Source: Dehalococcoidia bacterium
GTDB lineage: Bacteria; Chloroflexota; Dehalococcoidia; GIF9; AB-539-J10
Assembly (NCBI GenBank): GCA_030602785.1
Contig: JAUVZB010000001.1
Location: forward strand, 63,843 to 127,842
Length of the DNA: 64,000 bases
Direction of reading: 5' to 3'
Shown here: positions 28,590 to 38,148 of the stretch, one piece after another
Numbering within the stretch: the first letter of the stretch is position 1
How the letters are laid out: each line of letters starts with the position of its first letter
Program-made: the position numbers and the translations under genes
The notes under the pieces: generated by a model
The model's database searches: none
What the model was told of the DNA's origin: nothing
The model's input: only the letters and a program-made list of their open reading frames with translations

Positions 28590-30257
28590 TCAATCGGCGA
28601 AGACTGCGCCGCTACTGGCAGAGGTCACCTTCTCAGCATATCGTTTGAGGTAACCTGAGGTCACGCGTGGCTCGAAGGGCGGCAGTTCCGCCAGCCTTCT
28701 GCCGATTTCGTCATCGCTCAACGCCACGTCCAGCTTATGAGCGGGGATATCGATTCGCATAGTGTCGCCATCGCGCAGGACGGCGATGGGCCCCCTCGCG
28801 GCAGCCTCGGGAGATACGTGCCCGATGGCTGCACCGCGCGTCGCTCCAGAGAAACGGCCGTCGGTGATGAGTGCGACTGCCTTGTCCATGCCCATTCCTG
28901 AGAGCAGCGACGTGGGGGTCAGCATCTCACGCATTCCCGGACCACCCCTTGGGCCTTCATTGCGAATGACAATCACGTCTCCCGACTTGAAAGCGCCCTG
29001 CATGATTGCCTCGGTTGCCAATTCCTCTGAATCAAATACGCGGGCAGGGCCCTCATGCAGCATCATCTCAGAGGAAACAGCTGCGCTCTTCACAACCGCA
29101 CCTTCCGGCGCAACATTGCCAAACAGCATGGAAAGGCCACCCGTGGCCTCATATGGGGCTGAAACGCTACGAATGACATCTCTATCCTTCACAGAGAAAT
29201 CTCTGACGAGTTTTCCTACGCTCTTTCCGGACACGGTAGATGCATCCGCGTTGAGGTGACTCGATATCTCGTTCATGACGGCGTGGATACCACCCGCTGT
29301 GTTGAGGTCCTCCAAGTGATGATGCCCCGCGGGACTCATCCTGCACAGATGAGGCACACTCTGGCTGATCTCGTTCAACCATGAAAGAGGATAGTGAACT
29401 CCGGCTTCGTGAGCGATTGCCGTCAGATGCAGCACTGAATTCGTGCTGCCGCCAAGCGCCACGTCAACGGCGAAAGCATTGTAGATAGACTGCTCATTGA
29501 TGATATCCCGGGGCTTCAGGTCCTGTTCCAGAACCTTCATTATCTGCTCGCCTGTCCTGAACGCAAGATCCAGCCGCTGGCCGTAAGTCCCGGGAATTGT
29601 GCCATTGCCCGCTAATGCCATTCCCAGCGCCTCAGTCATGCAGTTCATCGTGTTTGCGGTGAACATGCCTGAACAGCTTCCACACCCCGGGCACGCGACT
29701 CTTGCCATCTCCTCAAGCTGCTCCTCAGACATGTCTCCCCTGACCGTCCTGCCAACGGCCTCGAAAAGGTTGCTGAGGTCAATCGTGCGGCACTCGTTGT
29801 CCACCATCACGTGTCCTGCCATCATGGGCCCGCCCGACACGAAGATGGACGGGATGTTCATTCTGGCGGCAGCCATGAGCATGCCCGGCACTATCTTGTC
29901 GCAGCTGCAGATGAATACGAGTGCATCAAAGGCGTGCGCCTGTGCAACGACCTCTGCGGAATCCGCTATCAGCTCCCTACTCGGCAAGCTGTACTTCATT
30001 CCAGGATGATTCATGGCGATGCCATCGCAGACCCCTATGGTATTTGCTTCGAAGGGCACGCCACCTCCGGAGCGAATGCCCTGCTGCACAGCTTTGGATA
30101 CCGAATCCAGGTGCATATGCCCGGGTATGATGTGGTTGTAGCTGTTGATGACACCTATGAAAGGTCTATCCCAGTCTCCCTCCGTGCATCCCAGGGCATA
30201 CAAGAGAGACCTGTGTGGAGCTCGCTCCGGTCCACGTTTCACGACATCGCTTCTCAA
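28590..30257 (-). CDS. ilvD: dihydroxy-acid dehydratase
   Basis: 555 aa. [12 protein letters not shown] and the Fe-S Cys motifs. TTG start with GAGGAGG 7 nt upstream. Confidence 0.9.
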   Translation of the reverse strand: MRSDVVKRGPERAPHRSLLYALGCTEGDWDRPFIGVINSYNHIIPGHMHLDSVSKAVQQGIRSGGGVPFEANTIGVCDGIAMNHPGMKYSLPSRELIADSAEVVAQAHAFDALVFICSCDKIVPGMLMAAARMNIPSIFVSGGPMMAGHVMVDNECRTIDLSNLFEAVGRTVRGDMSEEQLEEMARVACPGCGSCSGMFTANTMNCMTEALGMALAGNGTIPGTYGQRLDLAFRTGEQIMKVLEQDLKPRDIINEQSIYNAFAVDVALGGSTNSVLHLTAIAHEAGVHYPLSWLNEISQSVPHLCRMSPAGHHHLEDLNTAGGIHAVMNEISSHLNADASTVSGKSVGKLVRDFSVKDRDVIRSVSAPYEATGGLSMLFGNVAPEGAVVKSAAVSSEMMLHEGPARVFDSEELATEAIMQGAFKSGDVIVIRNEGPRGGPGMREMLTPTSLLSGMGMDKAVALITDGRFSGATRGAAIGHVSPEAAARGPIAVLRDGDTMRIDIPAHKLDVALSDDEIGRRLAELPPFEPRVTSGYLKRYAEKVTSASSGAVFAD

Positions 30258-30613
30258 CTTGGAGCCTCCTCGCCAGCGATTTGGTCTACGGAAGCCAATT
30301 CTACATCAGCCCCACCGCCCCATCAACACGAATGATGAACAGACCGTTGACCGCGGGCCGCTCTCGGTCTTAAGATGTGTCCGAGTGGTCGTGGGGCGAT
30401 AGTTTGTGCCGTGCGGAGGCTGCGTGGCGCATTGGACATCTTTCCTGTGGAGTCTTCCCTCACAAAAAGGGTGTGCAAAGGGACCACGGCGGAAGAAGCA
30501 CACTGGTCTTCGCGATGCCGCCTCGGGTGCTGGTCCCAACAGTCAGCCGAGAGGCTGTTTGCGCGGGTTGAAACTCTGCTGCGAGAATTGGTATTGGTGG
30601 GACAAGCGGCGCC

Positions 30614-30702
30614 CTGGTGGCCCTGAGCACGCGGTGACAGTGTACGTTGGAGGCAGCTAGGCTTTCTGTTAGAACTGGTGGCCCTGAGCACGCGGTGACA
30701 GT
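30614..30702. repeat. perfect 28-bp direct repeat pair (CTGGTGGCCCTGAGCACGCGGTGACAGT) at 30614-30641 and 30675-30702, 61 bp start-to-start
   Basis: Read directly from the sequence. The pair lies in the ilvD/DUF2520 divergent intergenic region, just upstream of an extended -10-like element. Confidence 0.85.
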
Positions 30703-30733
30703 TCGAGGGCGACAGGCCGGGCTCCTCTGCCAA

Positions 30734-30743
30734 TGGATATAAT
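30734..30743 (+). promoter_or_regulatory. extended -10-like element TGGATATAAT upstream of the DUF2520-panB genes
   Basis: Perfect TATAAT at 30738-30743 preceded by TG. There is no good -35. About 100 nt upstream of the 30845 ATG. Confidence 0.35.
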
Positions 30744-30844
30744 CCGACAGTCGCCCGGGGAAGAGGAGACTAGATAGATACCACTTGGAATGCGCCATCC
30801 GCTCCACCAGAGGAACGCAGTTCAAAGAAGGGGGAAAAGCAGAC

Positions 30845-31702
30845 ATGGAGAAGATCGGTTTCATCGGCGTCGGAAAGGTCGGCACGGCATTCGGAGTGAG
30901 GTTGGCGGAGCAAGGATTCCCGGTTGTTGGGGCGATGGACATCCTGCCGGAAGAAGCCTCACGTTTCTCGAATTCCATCCCCAAGTGTCGTGTATACGAC
31001 ACGGCTCAAGAGCTCGCAGACGAGATGGACTTCGTGTTCATTACTACACCGGACGATGTCATCGGCCAGGTTGCGTCGGAAGTCAACTGGCAGCCGGGCC
31101 GGACGGTCATCCATTGCAGCGGAGCCAACTCCACAGCTGTCCTGAGACCAGCGAAGCAGGCGGGCTGTCACGTGGGTTGCATGCATCCCTGCAACACCTT
31201 TGCGAGTATCCAGCAATCACTGGAGAACCTCCCCGGCTCAACATTCACGCTGGAAGCCGAGGAACCGGTCCTTGGGGACCTGAAGGGATTTGCTCAGTCT
31301 CTCAATGGCAGATGGATGCCGCTCCAGGAAAAGGACAAGCCGCTGTATCACGCCTCGGTATGCATCGCCTGCAACTACATGTACACGATAATCAGCATGG
31401 CGACCGACCTGTGGAAGCATTTCGACCTGTCTCAGGCGGACGCCACAACGGCCTTCATGCCCATACTCAGCGGCACGCTGAACAACATCGAGAACGTCGG
31501 CTTCCCGGGATGTCTCACGGGCCCCATCGCTAGGGGCGACGTAGGCACTATTCAGAAGCATTTGGCAGCATTGGAGCAACATGAGCCTTCCATGGTGCCG
31601 CTCTATAAGGCCCTTGGCCTCGAGACTATTCCGATAGGGATTGCGAAGGGTACTCTGTCTCAAGAGAAGGCCGAGGAGCTGCGGAAGCTGCTGTCAGCCT
31701 GA
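30845..31702 (+). CDS. Rossmann-fold NADP oxidoreductase with a DUF2520-like C-terminal domain; candidate PanG-type ketopantoate reductase
   Basis: MEKIGFIGVGKVGTAFG dinucleotide motif. 285 aa from the ATG at 30845. Sits directly upstream of panB. The PanG assignment is inference from context and family. Confidence 0.6.
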   Translation: MEKIGFIGVGKVGTAFGVRLAEQGFPVVGAMDILPEEASRFSNSIPKCRVYDTAQELADEMDFVFITTPDDVIGQVASEVNWQPGRTVIHCSGANSTAVLRPAKQAGCHVGCMHPCNTFASIQQSLENLPGSTFTLEAEEPVLGDLKGFAQSLNGRWMPLQEKDKPLYHASVCIACNYMYTIISMATDLWKHFDLSQADATTAFMPILSGTLNNIENVGFPGCLTGPIARGDVGTIQKHLAALEQHEPSMVPLYKALGLETIPIGIAKGTLSQEKAEELRKLLSA

Positions 31703-31771
31703 AGCCGGCTTGCGCGACGGCCGTAGCTCACACAGCGACAATCCGGCCGGACACTACAGACGAAAAGGAGG

Positions 31772-32632
31772 GTGCATTTGGCAAAGAAGAAGACCGTTCT
31801 CGATTTCTTCAAGATGAAGGAATCGGGAGAGAAGTTCACTGAACTGGCGCTCTACGACTTTACGATGGCGATGCTGGCAGAGCAAGCCGGCCTCGAGATG
31901 ATTCTCGTGGGTGACTCTATGGGGAATGTCGTCTATGGCTATGACGGCACCGTTCCAGTGACCATGGAACAGATGATCTACCACGCGCAGGCAGTCCGCA
32001 GGGGCGCGCCCAACACATTCATCGTGGGCGACCTTCCATTTCTGTCATACCAAGTGTCAGTGGAGGATGCGGTCAGGAACGCCGGACGCTTCCACAAGGA
32101 AGCCGGCATGGACGCCGTCAAGCTGGAGGGTGGGCGGCAGATGGCGCCGCAGATACGCGCTATCTCAGATGCCGGCATGCTGGTAATGGCGCACATTGGC
32201 CTTACACCGCAGAGCGCCGCACAGATGGGCGGTTTCCGCGTCCAGGGCAACACGGCGCAGGCTGCCATGAAAGTCCTCGCTGATGCAAAGGCCCTGGAGG
32301 AAGCGGGCGCGTTCATGGTTCTTCTTGAGGGTGTTCCTGGGGAGACGGGCAAGCTGGTAACCGAGAAGCTGAGAGCTCCCACTATAGGCGTGGGTGCCGG
32401 CCCGGACTGCGACGGGCAGGCTGTACTGCTGAGCGACATTCTCGGCATGTACCCCGTGTTCACCCCCAAATTCGTCAAGCGCTACGCCATGCTCGGAGAG
32501 CAGGTGGTCAGCGCGGTAGGCGAGTTCGTCGCCGAAACCAAGTCCGGAGCCTTCCCTGCCTCAGAGCATTGCTATAGGATGAAAGAGGGCGAGGTGGAGA
32601 AGCTGGAGGCAACGCTGCGCGGGAAGCGGTAG
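31772..32632 (+). CDS. panB: 3-methyl-2-oxobutanoate hydroxymethyltransferase
   Basis: LALYDFTMAMLAEQAGLEMILVGDSMG...VGDLPFLSY. The likely true start is TTG at 31778, with AGGAGG 5 nt upstream. Confidence 0.9.
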   Translation: MHLAKKKTVLDFFKMKESGEKFTELALYDFTMAMLAEQAGLEMILVGDSMGNVVYGYDGTVPVTMEQMIYHAQAVRRGAPNTFIVGDLPFLSYQVSVEDAVRNAGRFHKEAGMDAVKLEGGRQMAPQIRAISDAGMLVMAHIGLTPQSAAQMGGFRVQGNTAQAAMKVLADAKALEEAGAFMVLLEGVPGETGKLVTEKLRAPTIGVGAGPDCDGQAVLLSDILGMYPVFTPKFVKRYAMLGEQVVSAVGEFVAETKSGAFPASEHCYRMKEGEVEKLEATLRGKR

Positions 32633-32684
32633 GAACTCGGCCTGTCCGTTGAAGCGCGGCAACCCAAAGCTGGATGCGAAGAAA

Positions 32685-32711
32685 GGCTGGGCTCCCGCGA
32701 GGGAGCCCAGC
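32685..32711. terminator. bidirectional intrinsic terminator between convergent panB and dctM
   Basis: GGCTGGGCTCCC-GCGA-GGGAGCCCAGCC forms an 11-12-bp perfect stem, flanked by AAAG and TTCTTT. Confidence 0.7.
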
Positions 32712-32741
32712 TTCTTTGTCACGTGTGCGACGGATCAAACG

Positions 32742-34073
32742 TTACATCAGACTCGGCAGCCAGAGGATAATCTGGGGGAAGGCAATACAGAGAGCCATCG
32801 CACCGAGAATAATGAACACGTAGGGAAACATACCGCGGATAATGTGCCCCGTGGTAATACCAAGGGCGGGATCCGCAGCCCCTCTCACATAGAAGAGCGC
32901 GTACGCAAAAGGTGGCGTCATGAAGGACATCTGCAGGTTGACGCAAATCATCATTGCGAACCACAAAGGATCAAATCCTGCCTCTGCAGCGATTGGCGTC
33001 ACGATGGGTACCATGATGAAGATAATGCCCAACCAGTCGATGAAGAAACCCAGGACGAAGCAGATGAACATGATGACGGCGAAGACACCCCACTTGCCCC
33101 CCACTGCATCGAGCACGAAGGCGCTCACAACCTTGTCGCAATTTGCCCGCATGAACACGCCCACAAACGCGAATGCCAGCGCGCCGATAAGCAGGACCAT
33201 GCCTGCCACCCGCACTGTGGTCATGGCGGTCCTTGCGAGAACCGCCCGGTTGAGCCTGCCATAGGCCAGGGCAAGCAAGATGGTAGCCATGGCCCCGACA
33301 CCTGCCGCCTCGGTCGGAGAAGCTATGCCGAAGAAGATGCTTCCCAGCACCGCAAGGATGAGCACTACCGGCGGCAGCATGGACTTGAGCAGCTTTCCTG
33401 CCTTCACGCCAAACGGAACCTGCCGGTCCGCCAGAGGCACGGGCGGCGCCAGTTGGGGCCGAACCAGGCACAGGACAATGACGTAGATGCAGTACATGGC
33501 GGACAGAAGGAAACCCGGCAGGAAAGCTGCGAAAAAGAGCTTCCCGACAGACAGTCCGGCCATGGGGCCGTACACCACGAGCATGATGCTCGGAGGTATG
33601 AGAATACCCAGGGAACCACCTCCACACACAGCGCCTGCTGCAAGAGACCTGTCGTAGCCCCTGTTGATCATCGCGGGGAGCGCTATGAGCGCCAGCATGG
33701 TGACCGACGCGCCGATGATTCCGACACATGCGGCCACAACCGTGCCGATAAGGATGGTAGTCACCGCAAGCCCACCCCGCAAGCCACCGAGCCACAGGTA
33801 GAGCGCGTCATACATCCCTTCAGCCACCCCCGAGTGCTCCAGCATCGTCCCCATGAAGACAAACAGTGGCACGGCGAGCAGGATGTAGTTGTTCATCGTA
33901 CTGAAGAACCGCCCGTAATAGAGCTCGGACGAGATGTTCGGGCCAAACAGGAGCAGGGACATGACGATTCCCACACCACCGATTGACAGCGCAAGCGGAT
34001 AGCCGAGGAGCACCCCCACAAGGATGCCACCCAGCATCAGAATGGCGACCAGTCCGGGACTCAGATCAATCAT
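32742..34073 (-). CDS. dctM: TRAP transporter large permease (copy 1)
   Basis: 443 aa, about 12 TM helices, with DctM-family motifs. Confidence 0.85.
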   Translation of the reverse strand: MIDLSPGLVAILMLGGILVGVLLGYPLALSIGGVGIVMSLLLFGPNISSELYYGRFFSTMNNYILLAVPLFVFMGTMLEHSGVAEGMYDALYLWLGGLRGGLAVTTILIGTVVAACVGIIGASVTMLALIALPAMINRGYDRSLAAGAVCGGGSLGILIPPSIMLVVYGPMAGLSVGKLFFAAFLPGFLLSAMYCIYVIVLCLVRPQLAPPVPLADRQVPFGVKAGKLLKSMLPPVVLILAVLGSIFFGIASPTEAAGVGAMATILLALAYGRLNRAVLARTAMTTVRVAGMVLLIGALAFAFVGVFMRANCDKVVSAFVLDAVGGKWGVFAVIMFICFVLGFFIDWLGIIFIMVPIVTPIAAEAGFDPLWFAMMICVNLQMSFMTPPFAYALFYVRGAADPALGITTGHIIRGMFPYVFIILGAMALCIAFPQIILWLPSLM

Positions 34074-34575
34074 AGGGCTTGCTCCTTATGGCGAAGTGCA
34101 GGTCGCGAACCAGGGTCGCCACGCCCTGCAGGAAGAAAAAGAGCAACCCGATGAAGACGAGAGTCCTGATCGGGCCAAGAATCGGGTACCAGAACGTTAT
34201 GTTGGACTTCTCATTGGTTTCCCACGAGTAAATGACCCAGTTCCAGGCCGCATAGGTCAAGAAGCCCATGCCGGGAAGAAAGAAAACGAACCAGAGGATA
34301 CTATCCATGATGGCCTGCATGCGCCGTGGAAACCGGGCGTAGAACACGTCCACGCGGACATGCCCTTTGTGCAGGTGCACGTAGCCAAACGCAAACGCGT
34401 ACAACGCGGCGCCGGTAAACGTGATGATACAGGGAAGCTGGATCGTGGGGCTGTTGAATACGTACCTCATCATCACCTCGATACAGACGACGGCGATGAG
34501 GGCAAAAACCAGCCACTTCAACTGCTCCCCGACCCACTCATTGACGGAGTCGACTAACTTGATTGCTTTTCTCAT
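34066..34575 (-). CDS. dctQ: TRAP transporter small permease (copy 1)
   Basis: 169 aa with 4 TM helices. Overlaps the dctM start by 8 nt. Confidence 0.8.
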   Translation of the reverse strand: MRKAIKLVDSVNEWVGEQLKWLVFALIAVVCIEVMMRYVFNSPTIQLPCIITFTGAALYAFAFGYVHLHKGHVRVDVFYARFPRRMQAIMDSILWFVFFLPGMGFLTYAAWNWVIYSWETNEKSNITFWYPILGPIRTLVFIGLLFFFLQGVATLVRDLHFAIRSKPYD

Positions 34576-34670
34576 TCAATCAGATCCCTTCCAATGTTAG
34601 GCCCCCTTCCGAGCGTAGGCCCGGAAGGGGGGCACATTCCGTATCAGGGGTACTCCCGGCGCACCGGTCG

Positions 34671-35798
34671 TCAGCCCCCGTACAGGGACTTCCAAGTTTC
34701 CCAGAAGGCCGTGTGCGAGGCCAGCATCTCGGCCATGGCGGGATCCTCGGCGGCAAGCTCATCCATGTACTCGGCCGCTATCTCCAGGAACGCCTCGTCG
34801 ATTGAAGCGGGTAGCAACTCGACGGTGACTCCGAAGTCCTTGAAGTCCTGGATGGCCTTCTCATTGGCCATGTGCAGGCGGGTGTGGTAGCTGACGGCCT
34901 CAGCGCGGCCGCAGTCCTCCACGATAACCTTCAAGTCATCGGGGAGCTCATTCCACTGGTCGGTGTTGATGAGCAACTGGTAGACCTCGGTCGGAGCGCG
35001 TGTCGGCGAGAGGTAGTAGTACTTGCCGACTTCCTGCAGGCCCATGCTCCAGTCGAACGCCGGGTTCGAGCACTCGTACGCGTCGATAAGGCCGCGATGC
35101 ATCGCCTCGAAGACCTCACCCAGAGGCATATATACGGCGCCCACACCCATCCGGTTGAGCACCACGCCACCATCGCCGGACGCACGCATCTTGAGTCCCT
35201 CTAGGTCCTCCGGACCCTTCAATTCCTTATCGCAGTGAATCCAGCCTTCAGGCAGGCCATGACAGCCCGCGCCCGCGATGTCAATGAAGTTGAACCCATA
35301 TTCAGGATACCACTTGTTGGCCAGGTCGGCGCCAACGGCGCGATGCCAGATCAGGTGAGGGATCGGCGGCATGCCGCCAACCCTCTGTGACATCATGCTC
35401 CCGAACCTGATATCACCGACCATGTACGACCCCCCTCCGGCACAGAAGTCAAGCACGCCGCTGCTTACCGCCTTGTATTCCTCGGTGGCAGGACACACCG
35501 CGCCGGCCGGTTTCGCATCCCAGACCAACCGTCCCTGGCTGGCCTCGCTAATCCTCTCGCTGAGTATCACCAGGCTTTCGTGAACCGGCATGCCTGAAGG
35601 AAGTGCAGCCTGGCCGACCCAGTTGATAACCTCCGCCGCGGGAGCCGCAGGGGCCTCTTCTTCCTCCGCAGGGGCTGCTTCCTCCTCTTCAGCGGCTGGA
35701 GCAGCCGCTTCCTCGGCAGCACAGCCAATGGCGCCAATACCGAGCACCATCACCAGCGCTGTCAGTACCAACAGTAGACGCTTGGACATCTTTCTCAC
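34671..35798 (-). CDS. dctP: TRAP transporter DctP-family substrate-binding lipoprotein (copy 1)
   Basis: Lipobox LGIGAIGC followed by a long AEEAAAPAAEEEEAAPAEEEE linker, then a DctP-type fold. Confidence 0.85.
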   Translation of the reverse strand: MRKMSKRLLLVLTALVMVLGIGAIGCAAEEAAAPAAEEEEAAPAEEEEAPAAPAAEVINWVGQAALPSGMPVHESLVILSERISEASQGRLVWDAKPAGAVCPATEEYKAVSSGVLDFCAGGGSYMVGDIRFGSMMSQRVGGMPPIPHLIWHRAVGADLANKWYPEYGFNFIDIAGAGCHGLPEGWIHCDKELKGPEDLEGLKMRASGDGGVVLNRMGVGAVYMPLGEVFEAMHRGLIDAYECSNPAFDWSMGLQEVGKYYYLSPTRAPTEVYQLLINTDQWNELPDDLKVIVEDCGRAEAVSYHTRLHMANEKAIQDFKDFGVTVELLPASIDEAFLEIAAEYMDELAAEDPAMAEMLASHTAFWETWKSLYGG

Positions 35799-35918
35799 CT
35801 CCTGTAAGAATATCTATGCCAACGGCGAATACCGCTTGCAGCAGCAATTCGCCGAATGATGCCCTCTCGCCGACAGCTAACTGATTCAGGCGCACCTGGC
35901 AAACAAAAAGACTCCTCC

Positions 35919-35949
35919 AGTATAGGAAGGCACGTTTGCAGATGTCAAT
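35919..35949 (-). promoter_or_regulatory. sigma70-like promoter for TRAP operon 1: -35 TTGACA (35949-35944), 19-bp spacer, -10 TATACT (35924-35919)
   Basis: Read on the reverse complement. The same architecture recurs upstream of TRAP operon 2. Confidence 0.45.
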
Positions 35950-36070
35950 AGCTGGCGGGAAGATTCTCACAGCTAAGTGCGCGTGTTCGTATGCGAATAT
36001 CTGGCATCGAAATCCAGAACAGCAGTCCAAGCGGGTCCGCCGCAGAAGTCCCTGTAGCCGGACGGCTCTT

Positions 36071-36157
36071 TGTCAGCCCGCCCGCGCGAGGCAAACGCTA
36101 TCTCGAATCCGCTGCCGCCGACACCGCCGACTGTCAGCCGGCCCACGCGAGGCAGAC
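36071..36157. repeat. 26-bp imperfect direct repeat pair (TGTCAGCCCGCCCGCGCGAGGCAAAC and TGTCAGCCGGCCCACGCGAGGCAGAC, 23/26 identical) at 36071-36096 and 36132-36157, 61 bp start-to-start
   Basis: Read directly from the sequence. Lies between the TRAP2 terminator and the TRAP1 promoter. Confidence 0.75.
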
Positions 36158-36163
36158 ACAAGA

Positions 36164-36193
36164 ACGGGGGCAACCTGCTGCGGTTGCCCCCGT
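36164..36193 (-). terminator. intrinsic terminator after dctM copy 2
   Basis: ACGGGGGCAACC-TGCTGC-GGTTGCCCCCGT forms a 12-bp perfect stem, followed on the minus strand by TCTTGTGTCTG. Confidence 0.65.
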
Positions 36194-36219
36194 TGGGAAC
36201 TCTTGGAAGTGTGAATTTA

Positions 36220-37554
36220 CTAGACCATCTGATTGGGCAGCCAGGTGATGATCTGCGGAAACGCGATGCAAAGGGCCAGCCCTATCACAATCATGGTGAT
36301 GAATGGAATGACCCCCTTCATGATGTGATGCGTCTCGATACCAAGTTCGGGAGGAGCTGCCGCCTTCACAAAGAAAATCGCGTAGGCGAACGGAGGAGTG
36401 AGGAACGACATCTGCAGGTTAATACAGATCATCATTCCGAACCACAGCGGATCGAATCCCGCGGCCACCGCAATCGGTGTGATGATGGGCACCATTATGA
36501 ACACGATACCGATCCAATCGATGAACATGCCCAGGATGAAGCAGAGGAACATCACCAGTGCAAATGAACCCCACATACCACCCGGCGCCGCCAGGAGGAA
36601 TTCCTCAATAACCGCGCCACAGTGGGCCCGGATGAACACACCTACAAACGCGGACGCCAGCGAGGCAATCAGCAGAATCATGCCGCTCAGCTTGATGGTC
36701 TCGAACGCGGTGTCCATCAGCGCGCGGATTGTGAGCTTGCGGTAGGCGACCGCGAGAAGGACAGAAGCCAGCGCACCGACGCCTGCGGCCTCAGTGGGGG
36801 CGGCAATGCCGAAGAAGATGCTCCCAAGGACCGCAAGGATGATGGCCAGTGGGGGAACGAGTGACTTCAGCAACATCGCCGTCTTCTTGCCCAGCGGAAC
36901 ATTGCGCTCCTCGATACTGACAGGCGGGCCAGCGTTGGGCCGGATGATGCAGTACACGATGACAAAGGCACAGTAGAGCCCCGCCAGCACGAACCCCGGA
37001 ATGAAGGCCCCGAAGAACAGCTTGCCGACGCTCAGGTTTGCCATCGGTCCGTACACGACAAGCATGATGCTTGGGGGAATGAGGATGCCGAGCGTGCCTC
37101 CGGCACACACGACACCTGTCGCGAGGGACTTGTCATAGCCCCTCTTGATCATAGCCGGCAGACCGATGAGCGCCAGCATTGTTGTCGATGCAGCGATGAC
37201 GCCGACACAGGCCGCCATCAGCGTTCCGATGAGCACGGTGGTAATAGCCAGCCCGCCTCGCAATCCTCCGAACCAGAGGTACAGGGCGTCATACAACCCC
37301 TCGGCCACTCCCGACTTCTCCATCATTGTGCCCATGAATACGAAGAAGGGGACCGCCAGGAGAATGTAGTTGGTCAGCTGATTGAAGACCCGGTTGTAGT
37401 AGAGCTCAGAGACTATCTTGCCTCCAAACAGCAGGAAGCCGACAATTACCCCAACTGCACCAACGGAAACCGCGAGCGGATAGCCGAGAAGCACGCCGAC
37501 CAACACGCCACCAAGAAGGAGAATCGTTACAAGTTCCGGGCTCATGTCAATCAA
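36220..37554 (-). CDS. dctM: TRAP transporter large permease (copy 2)
   Basis: Paralog of 32742-34073. Start set at TTG 37554 (MIDMSPELV, compared with MIDLSPGLV in copy 1), which reproduces the 8-nt overlap with dctQ. Confidence 0.85.
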   Translation of the reverse strand: MIDMSPELVTILLLGGVLVGVLLGYPLAVSVGAVGVIVGFLLFGGKIVSELYYNRVFNQLTNYILLAVPFFVFMGTMMEKSGVAEGLYDALYLWFGGLRGGLAITTVLIGTLMAACVGVIAASTTMLALIGLPAMIKRGYDKSLATGVVCAGGTLGILIPPSIMLVVYGPMANLSVGKLFFGAFIPGFVLAGLYCAFVIVYCIIRPNAGPPVSIEERNVPLGKKTAMLLKSLVPPLAIILAVLGSIFFGIAAPTEAAGVGALASVLLAVAYRKLTIRALMDTAFETIKLSGMILLIASLASAFVGVFIRAHCGAVIEEFLLAAPGGMWGSFALVMFLCFILGMFIDWIGIVFIMVPIITPIAVAAGFDPLWFGMMICINLQMSFLTPPFAYAIFFVKAAAPPELGIETHHIMKGVIPFITMIVIGLALCIAFPQIITWLPNQMV

Positions 37555-38056
37555 AGCGCTCACCTCTTGCCAAGAAGTACAGGTCGCGCCAGAGTTGCGC
37601 AACACCCTGCAACAGAAGCAGCAGGATGCCGATGAATATCGCCGTCCTCATCGGCGCGAGGGGAGGATACCAGTACGTGATGACCGACTTCTCGCCGATG
37701 GCCCACGCGTGAACCATCCAGGAACCTGAGCTGTACGTGAGCACACCTATCACAGGTAAGAACAGCGCGAAGAAGCAAGCCACGTCGACGATTGCCCTAC
37801 CCCTCTCCGAAAACCGATTGTAGAGGACGTCCACGCGAACGTGACCCTTGCGCAACAGCACAAAGCCCCATGAGAGCGTGTACATCGCTGCCGCGAAGTG
37901 TATGGGCACCTCGAAGCCCCACATAGTAGGATGGTTGAACAAGTACCTCTGACCCACCTCGATACAGGTGAAAGAAATGGCGATCAAGAGGAACCAGCGC
38001 ATGCTGCGGCCCATCCATCCGTTCACGGAATCGACCAAGTGCACGAGTTTTTTCAC
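37547..38056 (-). CDS. dctQ: TRAP transporter small permease (copy 2)
   Basis: 169-aa paralog of 34066-34575. Confidence 0.8.
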   Translation of the reverse strand: MKKLVHLVDSVNGWMGRSMRWFLLIAISFTCIEVGQRYLFNHPTMWGFEVPIHFAAAMYTLSWGFVLLRKGHVRVDVLYNRFSERGRAIVDVACFFALFLPVIGVLTYSSGSWMVHAWAIGEKSVITYWYPPLAPMRTAIFIGILLLLLQGVAQLWRDLYFLARGERFD

Positions 38057-38148
38057 ATTAAGACACCTTACAGCCTCACTCCGGGCTTCCCAGCCCGGAG
38101 TGAGGCTCCATGAAGCACTAGTACCAGGTCAAAAACACAGCCGGGACA

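Noticed and set aside
30614-36157. The direct repeats as CRISPR arrays
   Set aside because: Only two copies each, no regular spacer-repeat series, and no cas genes.
36398-36745. Antisense ORFs inside dctM copies (36398-36745, 32920-33264, 32649-33986)
   Set aside because: They overlap well-supported permease genes on the opposite strand and their translations are His/Asp/Arg-rich low complexity.
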